A stretch of DNA of 62,102 bases, the filler included, from Asterionella formosa (Eukaryota): NCBI GenBank assembly GCA_002256025.1. It is 19 parts of 19 records of this genome, joined end to end, with 100 filler letters (N's around TTAATTAATTAA, not from the genome) between each part and the next. Parts side by side here need not be neighbours in the genome. Positions count along the whole stretch, not along the records: positions 1 to 3,181 come from NKIB01014387.1; positions 3,282 to 6,462 come from NKIB01014388.1; positions 6,563 to 9,742 come from NKIB01014389.1; positions 9,843 to 13,022 come from NKIB01014390.1; 15 more parts are not named here. One strand, given 5' to 3'. Positions 1-12,615 of the stretch are shown piece by piece (positions within the stretch are counted from its first letter, which is position 1; every line of letters begins with the position of its first letter). The notes beneath the pieces were generated by a model. The model was not told the DNA's origin. It saw only the letters and a program-made list of their open reading frames with translations, and did not search any database. Both the position numbers and the translations under genes were made by a program.

Positions 1-759
1 CATCACTTGCTTTGATTTGGCTGTGGTAATTGAAGCAAGCAAGAGGATACAATGCAATGCATGGCGTGCGTGATGTTGTGTCAGTGTAAGATGTCTAGCT
101 AACAAGTCATTCCTTCTCATTGTTACTGTAACTGCATAGGAAAATAAACAGATTAAACGGAATAGCCGGCGAGATCAGAATGACACTAATAGCAGGGAAA
201 GAGACGCAACATGAGTAAGGCATTGCTTGGCACAAGATTCAGAAAAGAGGAAGAAAAGGGCAAGACAGGAACAATATACATTGAGCCAAGTAGAGAGAGA
301 AACATTGGGTTGCTGTCATGTAGAATAATAGATAGCATTGCTAAATTTGATAGTTAAATTACAATCCATTTCAATCTATTTTGAACAATGCTTGTGATTA
401 GAATTATGATCATGCTTGAGATCAATTTTCGATAAGACAGTTCACATGATAGCATAGAGTTGAGCTGATTTTAGGATGTGTGGTAGTAATAATTTATATT
501 TGGCGATCATGAGAAGTGAAAATAATTTGAGAAGGTTAATGATATTGATGAGAAATGTTGTTGATCAGTTTACATACATTGTGTGATGATAATGTTCTTA
601 TTTTCATTATACTTCAATGTCGGTAAAAAATTAATAAATCATCATAGTTACAGGATAACTTGATCATAGTTTTGATCCAAAAATTATAATACATTCGAAA
701 ATCCTTTGCTCCTTTGCCACTTTGCATACGATTCTCTTCATCCTATATTCATTTTTTTG

Positions 760-1120
760 CAGACAGAGTAAAAACTGGAATAGGGCCATCGTGGCATTTA
801 ATAAAACAAAAGCGAGGGGAGAGTCACCAGCCATGAGTAATTGGGGTGTGCAAGTGATCAGTGGCTTTTGCAGGTTGGGATCGACAGGTGGATCAATCAA
901 AACGAGGTAATGCATGGAAAAACAGAGGAATAACGATTGGATCAGATGTCAAAAGAGGTTGGCGACCAAATAAGAACAAGATATGAACAGGATCAAGAGA
1001 ATGTGCGAGAAGAAGACAAATCTTTCTTCTTACTACCAGTAGAAGTCCGCATGCGCCGACACAATATTTATCAAAGACGATTCAGTCGATTTAGCAGTAA
1101 ATGATTGGCTCCACAACCAT
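760..1120 (+). mobile_element. Decayed C-terminal part of an Ambal-like non-LTR retrotransposon ORF
   Basis: Broken translation SKNW...NWGVQVISGF...NEVMHGK...EDKSFFLLPVEVR resembles the W..RN..LHG C-terminal region of diatom Ambal ORFs. Stops and frameshifts are present. Confidence 0.4.
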
Positions 1121-2339
1121 GCAGCCGGAATTTCTGATGGAGTTTGGCTTTGACCTACACCAATCAAGGTCGACCACCTTGGGCTTGGTAGAAAGAGACG
1201 TGATAGGAAGCTCTAAGGTGTCTATCAAGGCACAAGTGCAATTTTCAATGAGTTTAAATATACTTTAAATATTGGTTGTGAAACACTTTTAACAAACACA
1301 CCTTCCAATCTCCTTTTGAGCTTGTCAGTTTAGTTATTGGACTCCCCTCCTCCCTCATCTCCTTGTTCATCGACCTTGTTGACCTCCCTTGTCCCCTCCT
1401 TCACTGAAGCCTTCCCCGGGCATGGTCAAGAACAGATGTATTGGAAACCCTGTTGTACACATTGACCAACGCTTTGCTTTGTGTAGCATACAAACTGGCC
1501 AACTTCGCCAGCATAATTACGCTTCAATACTGAATCCAAATCCCTTGTCACAAGGTAGAAATCTTCATCTTTGTTCCGAGCAGCCAATTCATTGGGCTTT
1601 TGTGAGGCACTCATGGCAGTAATTTTTGATAACATATGATGGATGTGGTGTACACCTTGTTTGTGAATTACGTACACGTAGACATTTACTACCGATACTA
1701 TCAATGGTACAAGTATTGTATCATGATGTTGAGGCATGTCGATAGCTTCTTAGAATCGGATAAATTCTTATGTGTCTGATTTTGTGTCGACTTGGACATC
1801 CTGTGCATTTAAAAACACTTTTGTGCAAGGATGGTTTCTTCCTGCGTCTCTGATTGCGTGTCGATTTTGTGAACTTTTATTGCTATTGTCAGAATTATTA
1901 AACTTGATGCAATCCCAAACAATGCAGCTCATGTGGAGCTGTTTACTTTTATGTCTCCATCCACAGGGCCTGAGCATATTGCTATAGTTTCATGTTTAGT
2001 GTCACATGTCCTGGATAGTCGAAGGCACCAGCCAAAAGAGCATCTCCCATCCCCTTGCATGGAGCCATCTGTTGCTATTTTGATCGATAGGCCTAATTTT
2101 AAATGACGGAGCAGCCGGGCTTTTCCTCAATTTGCAAAATGAAAATGTTCCAAATAGACGAAAATGAGAGTAGGGCAATTCTATTTCCTAGCCTCATTTT
2201 CAATTGAAGCAATTTTTTGAACCCTGCATGAGGAGGTGTTTGCCCAGGGCCTCTACCCAGTCTTGCTTCTGCATTGCAGTAGGTTCAGTCCCATCTTTAG
2301 GAGGGGTCCATGGGATCTTGTCCGGTGGGCCCAATGAAA

Positions 2340-3181
2340 CCCAGGGATGTATCATCAACAAATGCGTCTGCCTGACATTGTGAAAATATCGTTTTTGTGT
2401 GATCCTGTAATTGTAAGCTATAAGTGGTGGTTTGTGATTATGCTGTTAGTAACACTAGACAGATGGAGAGCCAGATTGCTGGTGATTCTCCTCTGCTGCC
2501 TTGGCCTGTTCCTGCCAGTGGTTCCTTGTCGCTTCCTGTGTAATGGCCTGTGGAGGTGCCATACCCTGTCTTTATCATGTACTTCATCAAGCGTAAAGTT
2601 TCTGAGTTGGCCATTATGGCCTCTTTGGGCAGTCCAAGCCTCCTTGCACACACCATTGCTAGGTTCACCAGAATCCTGTCAAAGCAGCTTGCCGCATAGT
2701 TTTCAAATATCGCAACATTTGAGCGCAGCTGTCTTGCTATATCAAATGTTATGATCTTTTTGTACATCATGTCCATAGTGCCTCTGTTTTTCCTTGATCC
2801 CTGCATCTCTTCGCCAAGGGCATTGTGTTCTTCTGCTCTGCCAATCATGCGACATCCCCAGATAAATTTCAGGAACAGGTTGTAGTAGCCTGGTTCGAAA
2901 AGATGAATTATTTGGAGCCTACTTATTTTCGGAATCCCCTTGTCTTTTTCTAACAAAACTGATTCTACCTGTTGCCATCTTTTTGGGGAAAACCCCAATT
3001 GTACCGGAATATTGAGCATCATTGAATACCCTGCTGTTAGTTCCTTATCCCGAAGAGATGCTTTGTAGTGTCCCAAGTGTGTTCTACTTGGCGATGTTGA
3101 CTTGGATTCTTGCCATCCCCTTATGAGGACCAAAAGATTTATAGCACATTACTTTGTCTATGACAAGAAAAATTATTGGGT
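2340..3181 (-). mobile_element. Ambal-like non-LTR retrotransposon reverse transcriptase, degenerate
   Basis: Motifs STSPSRTHLGHYKA, LEKDKGIPKISRLQIIHLFE, AASCFDRI and GTGQGS..SPAIW. The catalytic ADAFVDDT lies at about 2345-2370, beyond the stop at 2438. Confidence 0.85.
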
Positions 3182-3281
3182 NNNNNNNNNNNNNNNNNNN
3201 NNNNNNNNNNNNNNNNNNNNNNNNNTTAATTAATTAANNNNNNNNNNNNNNNNNNNNNNNNNNNNNNNNNNNNNNNNNNNN
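3182..3281. other. Artificial contig spacer (N44-TTAATTAATTAA-N44), first of 18
   Basis: The same all-frame-stop linker recurs at 6463, 9743, 13023, 16300, 19578, 22856, 26133, 29410, 32690, 35963, 39233, 42503, 45773, 49041, 52308, 55573 and 58838. Contigs are near-equal in length and roughly size-sorted. Confidence 0.99.
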
Positions 3282-3419
3282 CTTACCGGTGCTTACTCGA
3301 ATCATGTTGCGGTCGAAATTGGGGAAAATCGTAACTAAATGTATTGTAATAAATTTTTCAGGGCTGTCGTTGTCAGTAGATTACTTCCTTTCTAAAACTG
3401 TACATCGTCTATAAACACC

Positions 3420-3997
3420 ATGGGCCCTCCTCCAAGTGATGATGTTAAGATCGGTACGTTAGTGAGAGCGCGAACAAGAAGATTTGATTCCCTGATGAAG
3501 TTCGTTTTCTAACAATAAAAATGTCATCATGTGCAGTGATTATGCGAACCGTCGGTGGTGAAATCGGTTCCGCATCTTCGCTGGCCCCCAAGATTGGTCC
3601 TCTTGGGTTATCTCCTAAAAAGGTTGGAGAAGATATTCAAAAGGCCACGATGGATTGGAAGGGACTCAACGTGACTGTCAAGCTGACTGTCGTTAATCGT
3701 CAAGCCACTGTCTCCATGATCCCTTCCTCCTCCTCTCTTGTGATGAAGGCATTGAACGAGCCTGCCCGTGACCGTAAGAAGGTCAAGAATGTCAAGCACA
3801 ACGGAAACATCACCCTGGATGTAGTTATTGACATTGCTCGCCAAATGAGAGAACGCTCCATGGCCAAACAGCTAAGGGGAACTGTCAAGGAGATTTTGGG
3901 AACGTGCAACTCCATTGGATGCACTGTCAATGGAGAATCCCCTCGTGATATTCAGAGCAGTATTGATGATGGTGAGATTGAAATCCCTGACGTGTAA
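3420..3997 (+). CDS. RPL12: 60S ribosomal protein L12 (uL11); exons 3420-3453 and 3537-3997
   Basis: Spliced product [42 protein letters not shown]...VKEILGTC. Intron GTACGT...CTAAC...GCAG at 3454-3536. Confidence 0.97.
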
Positions 3998-4147
3998 TAG
4001 CTTTTGGTGGGGACAAATGATTGGGACCAGCGACGAAGAAGAACGGATCTAGTTTGTGGTAACTCTAAACATTGTACCATTTGTTCGCGAAGCAGTTTTT
4101 GGGAATTATTATCCAGTAGCGCTACTCTGTTCCTCAATCTTATAACT

Positions 4148-6304
4148 CTATAGTACTTCGTCCTCGGGTATGAATAATATTATTCCTCCCTGACGATTGC
4201 AACTGGTACAGTGATATTTTCTGATTCGATTCAAATGAAAACAGTGAATACATTCCCACATTTTGACAGTATTGGGTGGCTGTTTCATCACTTCGACCGA
4301 TTGGACGTCAACAGCCTGCTTTTTGAGGCTACGGGGCTTGATAGCAGGCAAGTTGTTGTCATTGATAATGGTGGTACATGATGGTACAGTACGGTCAAAA
4401 TCTTGTTTACTGGATAAACATGGATTCGGCAGGAGTTGTGACGATTGGCACAACCTGCAAGGGCTAGAAGCATCTCCTCTATTGTCGACATGGCACGTGT
4501 CGCAATACCAGTCAATATGGGACATGAGAGTAGTGGTGTTGGTGGCATCATTGACGAGCATCACAAACAGTTGTGCTGGATACGACAGTAGATCCAACGC
4601 TTGGGTATGGCGATGGAAAATGCGACATGAGTAAGGGTCAGTGCAAGAGGAGCATTTACCCAAATCGCTGCAAAGACTAAATGCGGTCGCAATGCCTTTT
4701 TCCATCATCCCTTCCAAACCAACCGAGTTATTTGATGGAGTACCGGTATGCTGTTGTTGAAAGGCACATTGAATAATTCGCAATCTTGTTCTTGCAAGAA
4801 ATTGAGCGTCTGCATGATTCATGAGATCTGAAAGTGTCGGATTGCATGGCATGTTGATTGTTTGCGATAGTGGTCGAGGTCGTTTGCAACATTTCTGTTT
4901 GCGCTTGGTAGTACCCGCTATGTTGGAGGTATCAAATCTCCATTCCGCAATGGACCCGTCCCTTGATAGTGTAATTAAGGATTGTCTTGTCAGCGAAACC
5001 AATGTACTGACGACGCTACTAAATGCAATAGTTCCATGCAACTTTTTTCCAGGATGACACTTGAGCACATATTGTTTTCCAAAGGGTAAAGTAGTATCGT
5101 CCCGTGGTTGCTGTTCCAATTGGATCAAGGATATTCCTCCGTCATGAATTCCACCGCCAACAATGATAATATCGCCATATCTCGTCATGGTTTCTGCTGG
5201 GCGTTGGATCCTGCATTCTGTTGGCTGTTGTTGCGGCGACTCGTCAGTGGTCTCGTTGACAAAATGAATTGTCCCTTCGTTATCACCGATTATACCCCCT
5301 TGGAATCCTGTAAAACTAACAATTTGAGTGTGTGTTGTAGATGATTCAAATCCATGTTTTTTCACCCAAGTCTCGTTGCTGGTACGCTTCCAAAGAAGCG
5401 ACGCACCCGAGGACATGGCCGTCCAAAGTAAATCATCTCCCACTGCATGGATACATAAAATAGGTTCGTCTGTAGACCCAATTTTGTATGCCGAGCCATT
5501 CAAACATGCCTTAGTTATTGCATCTGGGTAGGCCCATACCGTTCCATCACAGCTAGCACTGAGCAATTGTGGTGGCGATGACATCAACATGGACAGCGAT
5601 GTAACTTCGTTGGTATGATAGGTGGCTGTATCCAGCGGGTGATAGGAATAGCTACAATTGGTTGTTTCTACCATGATAGCCCTCACCACAAGGACCTTCC
5701 CAGACGCACAGCCAAGAAATAAAGCGGTTCCATGGGTCATGACAGTCAACACAACTGACTCATCGTGTGCCACAATGACTGCGTCGTCCTTGGTTCGATC
5801 TTTTCCAAGCATCAAATCCAGTGACGAGAAAAGGCGGACCCCGTCAAAGTCTCCCCAAACGCACACAGGTCCTCCTTCCCAAACTTGCTTAATTCCAAAA
5901 TATCCAATGCAAAGATTGGCATTCATCGATCCGTTGTCGTAAAGAAACGCTTGTCTCTCTTGTTTGGCAGTTAACAAACCCATGGTGGTATTATAGCAGG
6001 TGGGCCCCTGTCCAGTGGCAGTAGTGGGCTGTCGGAGCGAGGCTTGAACCGCACATTGACGGATCCCATAATGAGCTTTCCAGTGCTTCTTTGACCCGGC
6101 ATCTCCAAACTCGTGTTGATACAGAGCTGCAAATAAGTGATCTGAAATGGGAGAGTGATGAATGACGTTGTACGTCCGCTTGGAGCATAAGGCGAAGCCT
6201 TGCAACTGCTTCAGAGACGGGAGGAAGAACAAGATTTGATACAGTAAATCATCGCTTAAATCATTCAACGAAAGTAAATGGGGATTCCTCGTGGATCCGT
6301 TCAT
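4148..6304 (-). CDS. F-box / WD40 protein with two C-terminal RanBP2-type zinc fingers
   Basis: Intact 718-aa ORF. F-box LNDLSDDLLYQILFFL...ALCSKR; WD40-like HTNEVTSL...LLSASCDGTVWAY; fingers WYCDTCHVDN...CRLC and WECIHCFHLN...CTSC. Confidence 0.8.
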   Translation of the reverse strand: MNGSTRNPHLLSLNDLSDDLLYQILFFLPSLKQLQGFALCSKRTYNVIHHSPISDHLFAALYQHEFGDAGSKKHWKAHYGIRQCAVQASLRQPTTATGQGPTCYNTTMGLLTAKQERQAFLYDNGSMNANLCIGYFGIKQVWEGGPVCVWGDFDGVRLFSSLDLMLGKDRTKDDAVIVAHDESVVLTVMTHGTALFLGCASGKVLVVRAIMVETTNCSYSYHPLDTATYHTNEVTSLSMLMSSPPQLLSASCDGTVWAYPDAITKACLNGSAYKIGSTDEPILCIHAVGDDLLWTAMSSGASLLWKRTSNETWVKKHGFESSTTHTQIVSFTGFQGGIIGDNEGTIHFVNETTDESPQQQPTECRIQRPAETMTRYGDIIIVGGGIHDGGISLIQLEQQPRDDTTLPFGKQYVLKCHPGKKLHGTIAFSSVVSTLVSLTRQSLITLSRDGSIAEWRFDTSNIAGTTKRKQKCCKRPRPLSQTINMPCNPTLSDLMNHADAQFLARTRLRIIQCAFQQQHTGTPSNNSVGLEGMMEKGIATAFSLCSDLGKCSSCTDPYSCRIFHRHTQALDLLSYPAQLFVMLVNDATNTTTLMSHIDWYCDTCHVDNRGDASSPCRLCQSSQLLPNPCLSSKQDFDRTVPSCTTIINDNNLPAIKPRSLKKQAVDVQSVEVMKQPPNTVKMWECIHCFHLNRIRKYHCTSCNRQGGIILFIPEDEVL

Positions 6305-6562
6305 GATAATAGTAATTACCGGTATGGCCGAGGACTCTCTTCGCCGCTACACTTCATGTATCCGCCGCAAAAAGGTCAACTGTGACGAAGTGCCTGAAAC
6401 TACCGGTATTACATTCATGAATCTGAAATATTCAACATATGCAAATATAACGGTATATACATNNNNNNNNNNNNNNNNNNNNNNNNNNNNNNNNNNNNNN
6501 NNNNNNTTAATTAATTAANNNNNNNNNNNNNNNNNNNNNNNNNNNNNNNNNNNNNNNNNNNN

Positions 6563-6894
6563 GATTCCTCGCAATAAAAGTCGTCGTCGAATGATAAGGA
6601 ACTAATGACACTCATCGTTCCATCATCCTTTCCGTCGTCGCCATCCATCGCTGTCCTCTTTGTTGTGCTCTTGTTTGGCACAACAATCGTAATGGTTTCC
6701 ACCGTGCCTTCTTGTTGTTGTTGTTGTCGTTGGTGGTGGTGGTGGTATAAGTCGGGAGATTCCTCAGGAAGGGAACGAGGAAGGATCAACGACCTTGTCT
6801 CGTCAACAAAGGCGATTTGTGCTCTATTAATAATTGGATAATAGTACCAGTAAGATAGTATTCCTCGGCTTTCTTTGGATATTGCTGGATGCAT
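6563..6894 (-). CDS. Hypothetical protein N-terminus, truncated by contig end
   Basis: ATG-started ORF with His/Gln runs and an SVISSLSFDD motif, open to the contig edge. Confidence 0.35.
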
Positions 6895-7683
6895 GAGACA
6901 AACTGTCGTCGCTCCATTAATGATTCCCCTCGATACATAATGGTCTATAATCTTCCCATTCGGGTACTTATAAGTAATTTATAGGCATTCATATGGAACA
7001 TGTTGTGCTTCAAACTAGATGCGACTAAAAGGGCAATTTATTTTGGTGGTAAAAAGAATTCTAATTTCTTAGCATTGTTTTGAGCAAAATTTTATTTCGT
7101 TTCGTCGCTGCAATCAAGAGAAAGGAAATCAGGGGTCGATCGAAAACGATATCTTTCATTTATGAGCCAATCTTGGCCATCTTTTAGACTTAAGCTATTA
7201 ACATATACGGCGAGCTTAATTCTGAAATGTGGCCAAGATTGGCTAACAGATGAAGAAGTTGAAAATCGCGAAGTAACAATAATTTTTTTCGGAGTTTGAG
7301 CGCTGGTACTTTTTGTTTTAGAAACGTCATATAGAAGAAGTTTCATCACGATGAAGCTAGACAAAACTGCTCATACATACAGAGGATTGTCACAACGATG
7401 AGCTTGATGATGCAAGCGATAATCTCTATTGCTAACTGGGATGTTTTGTGCTCCGCTTTTCCACAGTGCTGTTGACCTCGAAGTACGCTAACATCGTGCC
7501 AAAAGTGTTTTCATTTTACAGAAATATTCGAAGAGTTGTCTGTATTTGAATGCAGCTAGTGGAAACGACAATCAACAGGTTGATGCAAGCACCCTTTTTC
7601 ATCCAACAACAAACAAGTGCTCCAATGGAAATGTACACCACCAAAGCATCAAATGCTATCGCAAACGACACAACAGCAACAAC

Positions 7684-7950
7684 ATCAAGAACAAGAGGAC
7701 TGTTTTCAGTACACACATGTGACAACAAACAACAACCAACCACAAGCACGCAAGCACTGAAGTGACAATGATACCGGAAGATCTCACTGCCAAGAACCAA
7801 AACAAGGTATAATGAGCGTCGCAACAGTAATGAAATCTACGAAATCAAGAACAAAACTGTTTTCACAACATACAACGCCCACAGCAACCAACAAGCACAA
7901 TGGTGCCGGAAGATTATCTCACTGTCAAGAACCAACACAAGGCATATGAT
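7684..7950 (+). repeat. Imperfect two-copy tandem duplication (unit about 160 bp)
   Basis: atcaagaacaa..actgttttca....caagcac..ccggaagat..ctcactg.caagaaccaa..caagg occurs at about 7684 and 7844. Confidence 0.6.
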
Positions 7951-8812
7951 AATCACATCTACGATTTCATTAAGAAATAAATTGTTAGCATAACACTACT
8001 CCTTTACATTGTAGTTTCAATGGCGATTTGATTGTTTGATTGATTTTCGTCTAGAAATAGTACAGCTTTAACAGCGAATATGACATACCGTCACACCATC
8101 ACACATGAAAAATATGCGACAAAGCTAGTAAATTCAGGTTCCGCTATACCGTACTGTCCCTATTCTTGTATAGACACACTCATCCCTTTACTGTAACAGT
8201 TGTACAAAATCTCCAATGAATCCAAATAGACAGGCCTATTGCCTCTCAAGGTTTGTTATTAGATCCATAATGGTCTAAAAAGTTGCCGCCATGGTCGTTT
8301 GAAAGTCACTAGCTTTGTCGTGTTAATTTGATTTTTAGGGGTATCAAATCAATTTTGACCAATGATTACTATGAACTCGTCCTAAAAAGTACTATAGGGT
8401 TTTATTGACAAGCCTCATCAAAAAAATCGGGGAAACTAGCAAAACAAGTTTTGGCTTTAAAAAAAACCCGTAAAACTGGAAAATTATGACTACGTATGAG
8501 TATTGGTTGCATGTGTTTTAGAATTTTTATTAATGGGCAATAGGAGGCACATCGAGTTTTTCGGGATAAGTAAAATTGCCGATTTTAGCATGACAGACAG
8601 AATAACGGTAAAATACATAGAAATGGTAAAACAAGGAGCATCAAACATGCGAGAATGATTGTAATATATATACATGGTGTATAATATCAGAATCTCTCAG
8701 ACTAATAGATTGTATTCAGTCTGGGTTTTCAATCCTTGCCCCTAGCTCAATTCAACAGATATTAAATTTCTGAAAAATCCCTTGGAGTTCCAGAATAATT
8801 TTATATTGTTTA

Positions 8813-9742
8813 TCATTGATTAAACAGGTAGAGGGCAAACCTGTAACCACTCAGATGCATTGAAAATTGGTGCAATGAGCATGATAAAGGGGAACGTGTG
8901 CTCAGATCATGAAAAGCAAAAAAAATACATACAGAGTGGTTTTCTATAGCCACTACAAATTTCGACATGCTGTTGAGTGTCCATGACACAAATACGCCTT
9001 CCCAAATCAGTTTGGAGGTGATATGGTTGACGAAATGGTGGCTAAATAGAGTGTTAGCTAGCATGCATTGCTCCTTTCAGTCACAGTAGAAGGTGCCATG
9101 CTTCCATCTTGCTGCAAAAGGGAATGGTCGTTACTGTCTGCTCCCATTAATAGGCAGACATGAAAAACTTACATAGAAAATTGATATAAATATTGATTGA
9201 TTGACTAGATATTTAGGCAGAAAAAGCGATCACGCATTCCCTGGACTAAGTTATTGTGCATTTTCCCACACTTTTGTGCAAAAAGTGTAGGGGACCCTTG
9301 ATGCGCTTTTATCCATTGGATCTTGACTCGTACTGGCAACATTTTTATAAGTTCCAAATTCATTGAAACTGTATCTGCATTTGCCGGAGGTTGACCAGCA
9401 TCAAGTGTATGGGTGAGTGAAATTTAAGCGTGATATTGAAGCAGCGCTATTGCTCCAAATAGTGACAGTAGAGGTTATGTCAATGGATTGGTATTGAATG
9501 AATTTTGAGACAAAAAGAAGGCTGGAGGCATTCCAAAAAATCTTTTTTACTAAGTTGAGCTATTGTCTTTTGGATTTCCATCCACTGGACCTGCACACAA
9601 CGCAACATGATCATGAATTTCTTGCTTTGTTTTCTGAAGCTACATTGTTCACCCAAATGAGCACCGGAAGTCAGAGGCCATGGATCCAACACCCCAAACC
9701 CAGGAGCTTTAAATGTCTTTCAACAAGCCTGCTGCAGATGGG
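8813..9742 (-). mobile_element. Decayed RNase H domain of an Ambal-like non-LTR element
   Basis: Across frameshifts: (D)GS...SFG(W), CAGPVDGNPKDNSST, VTIWSNSAASISRL, VKIQWIKAHQ. Homologous to the remnant at 52900-53600. Confidence 0.7.
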
Positions 9743-9882
9743 NNNNNNNNNNNNNNNNNNNNNNNNNNNNNNNNNNNNNNNNNNNNTTAATTAATTAANN
9801 NNNNNNNNNNNNNNNNNNNNNNNNNNNNNNNNNNNNNNNNNNATATTAATTCATTTTCATTCTATCCTGTTCATATCCTGAC

Positions 9883-11470
9883 TTGGTCATCATTTGCAAT
9901 TTGCAATGTCTTTGCGCACATTGCAATGGTGTTATCTGTGTAACTACAAATTTCGGAAGAACAAATCCCCATCTGAGTCTCACAATCGAAATTGTAGCAA
10001 CCGTGATTTTTATGCATATGGTCACTGTCGACATTGAAAAATTGAGACTACAAACTCTCCAAGGGTTGAATTCAGAAACTATGCAATATTCAGATTTTCA
10101 AGATCGCACCGGCTTTCTCCCTGAAAATGCAATGGAAATGCCCCTTCCTCCTCAATTTCAACTTCCAAGTAAACATTCTCTGAACATGCATCCAATTGAA
10201 TTAGAACTCATGTTATTCCTCAACGATAATTATCTTCCACCAGTTTACTTTGATAATCTAATGAAATGGCTGTTCAAGGCAAAAGCAATGAAATATTTTG
10301 ATGGAAGGTATCAAGCTCCATCTTACCAGACTTTGAAAAAACGCATGGATATTTCATTTCCACCAACATTAGCTGGTGGTCAACTGTTGACCAAACAAAT
10401 ACAGAATGATAACAATTCAAAAATCATCATCCCACGCACACTCCATTCTTTCGAACCAGTACAGCTCATGGCAGGATTGCTAGCTACGTGATTCCGATAT
10501 CATGCAACATTTTGTATGTCACCCACAAGTGAAACTTACAACTTGTGGAGAACGTAGTATGCATATATGACGAAGTAACTTCTGCGACTTGGTTTGAAAA
10601 TACATTCAACAATTCTCCTGCATCAGAAAATGGAGTGTTGAAGACAGGGTGTTTATTTGTTGCCCTAGCAGTTTTCAGTGATGGTTCACCTTTTGATAAA
10701 CAAATGAAACATTCCGAGCATCCGTTTTTGCTGACAATTGATGGATTGCAATTAGTATCTCTTTTGCCAGACATTGAAGTCAGTGATCTGGAAAACAAAT
10801 GAATAATAAGTTATCTAATGACAACTTGTCCTTATGTAGACTCATATTATATCATTCTGTTACAGGATTTCTATTGTCGCCTATCGAATATCCAAATAAG
10901 ACATACGATATTTGGGTTCATGGTTTTGGTATGACAGAAAATTATTTCCAGATTGGAATGATCATTGGTGATACAGAAGAGCACAACAAAATTTGCGGAT
11001 TCAGGGGTGGTAATGGATTATATAGACAATATGTTTGTCGTGATTGCTTGGTTTCAACTGAAGATTCTGATAATCCTGATATTGGATGTGAACGTCGTAA
11101 AGTGTCAGATGATTAAAAAATTTAAAATAATTTCTTGACAAAAATGCATATCCCGATGGAAAATTACCATGTATCCCACCTGAGTATTGTGTCTCCCAAT
11201 CTAATGGCAAATACGCAACAGCAAATGAGTGGTGCCATGCGTGTTAAATCGCATAATCCTATTATGCTTGCACTAATAAATCATTTTTTTGGTGGTGAAT
11301 TAGAAGGATTATTACGGGCAAGGTGAAATACTTGATCATAATGTTCATCCAAACTTGCATCTTGTCCTGGATCACGGACTTGACATAATCCATCATTTAT
11401 AGCAAAAAGATAATGCACAAAATGGTTGTTTTCCTCCTCATCTGATCTTTTGCAATACACAATTAGCACA
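9883..11470 (+). mobile_element. Plavaka-like (CACTA-related) transposase pseudogene
   Basis: Consecutive frameshifted ORFs: YDEVTSATWF, ALAVFSDGSPFDK...EHPFLLTI, LYHSVTGFLL, IGMIIGDTEEHNKICG...CRDC. Confidence 0.65.
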
Positions 11471-11651
11471 TAGTTACTTTCGTGATGAAGTGGATGACAA
11501 TCACCTTGGTATGTATACGGTTTGTTATTACCCTTTTCTGGGTTCTCATCCAGATCAAATATAGCTAACCTTTACATCACTTGGATGAAGTTCATGAATT
11601 ATATAATGGATCATAGAGGTAATTGTTTCAAGGTCCCAATATGCAAGATCT

Positions 11652-12615
11652 TTAAAATCTGAACATGATTTTTTGATACCTTTGACTCCTTAAATTACAG
11701 AGGCGTAATTGCATATATCTTGCGGGGTACAAGTGTACAAATCTTTCCACAATTTTAGTTGTCCATGCGATTTTGGCAAACTCAAGGAAAATGCCGTTTG
11801 CTTTGGCATTAATAACTCTACACATTTCACATGCCGACTCTTCACAAAAGTAGCTGCCTCCGGAATTTTTTTCAATGATTTTACAAAGAAATTCTTTTTC
11901 TTCCATGTACGATTTGGAAAAAGATTCAATTTTGTGTTTCTGACTTCGTTCCCTATTCAGAGCATCAACTGCCTTAGCCAGCATCACATCTCTGTCTGCA
12001 TTAATCTTCTTGAATTCGAGGTCTTGATCTAGTTCAGACTTTTTCTTGAATATCTTTTCTTTTAGAAATGCAATAGTTTCTCTGCTTTTATGATGTTCAT
12101 GTTGATGTTCTGGAAGGACAGTGAGATATGTTCCTTGGTTTTGCAACTTTTCAACCATTTCTACTTCTGAAGTGTTGTCTGCCACATTTCCGCCGATATT
12201 TTCATTCATCGCATGAATTTGTTCATCAAATGAATGAGAATCACTTAGTTCTTCTTCATTATCAGCGATTTCGGGAGAATGAGGAGCAAAATACGACACT
12301 GGAAGGTGGAACTGTGACTCTGTACGAATAGAGTCTTCATCCACGAAGACCAACTGTTTGGGTTTCCTCTTCGAAAGCAATCTTTCCTTCTTTTCAATCT
12401 CAGCCAGTATCGGCATACTTCATTATTTTTTCTGGAGTATTATGAATCTGTTCAAATTCATTTGATCTTTGAGTGTATTCAAAGGAATCCTCGATTGATT
12501 TCATAAGTTTCTTCATCTTCTTTTCCGAAAACATAAAGTCGTGTAGTGTAAACAATGGAGATAAGTCTCGTTTCTTGTTTGACTGATCCTTTTCATGAAA
12601 TCCGTGAAATGCCAT
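11652..12615 (-). pseudogene. Multicopy charged/coiled-coil ORF of unknown function, probably TE-borne; frame break near 12410
   Basis: ORFs 12400-12615 and 11652-12416 overlap out of frame. CxxxxCxxC near the C-terminus. Second copy at 13123-13640. Confidence 0.5.

Noticed and set aside
1389..1990. Short ORFs resembling a retroelement protease
   Set aside because: Similarity is too weak to call.
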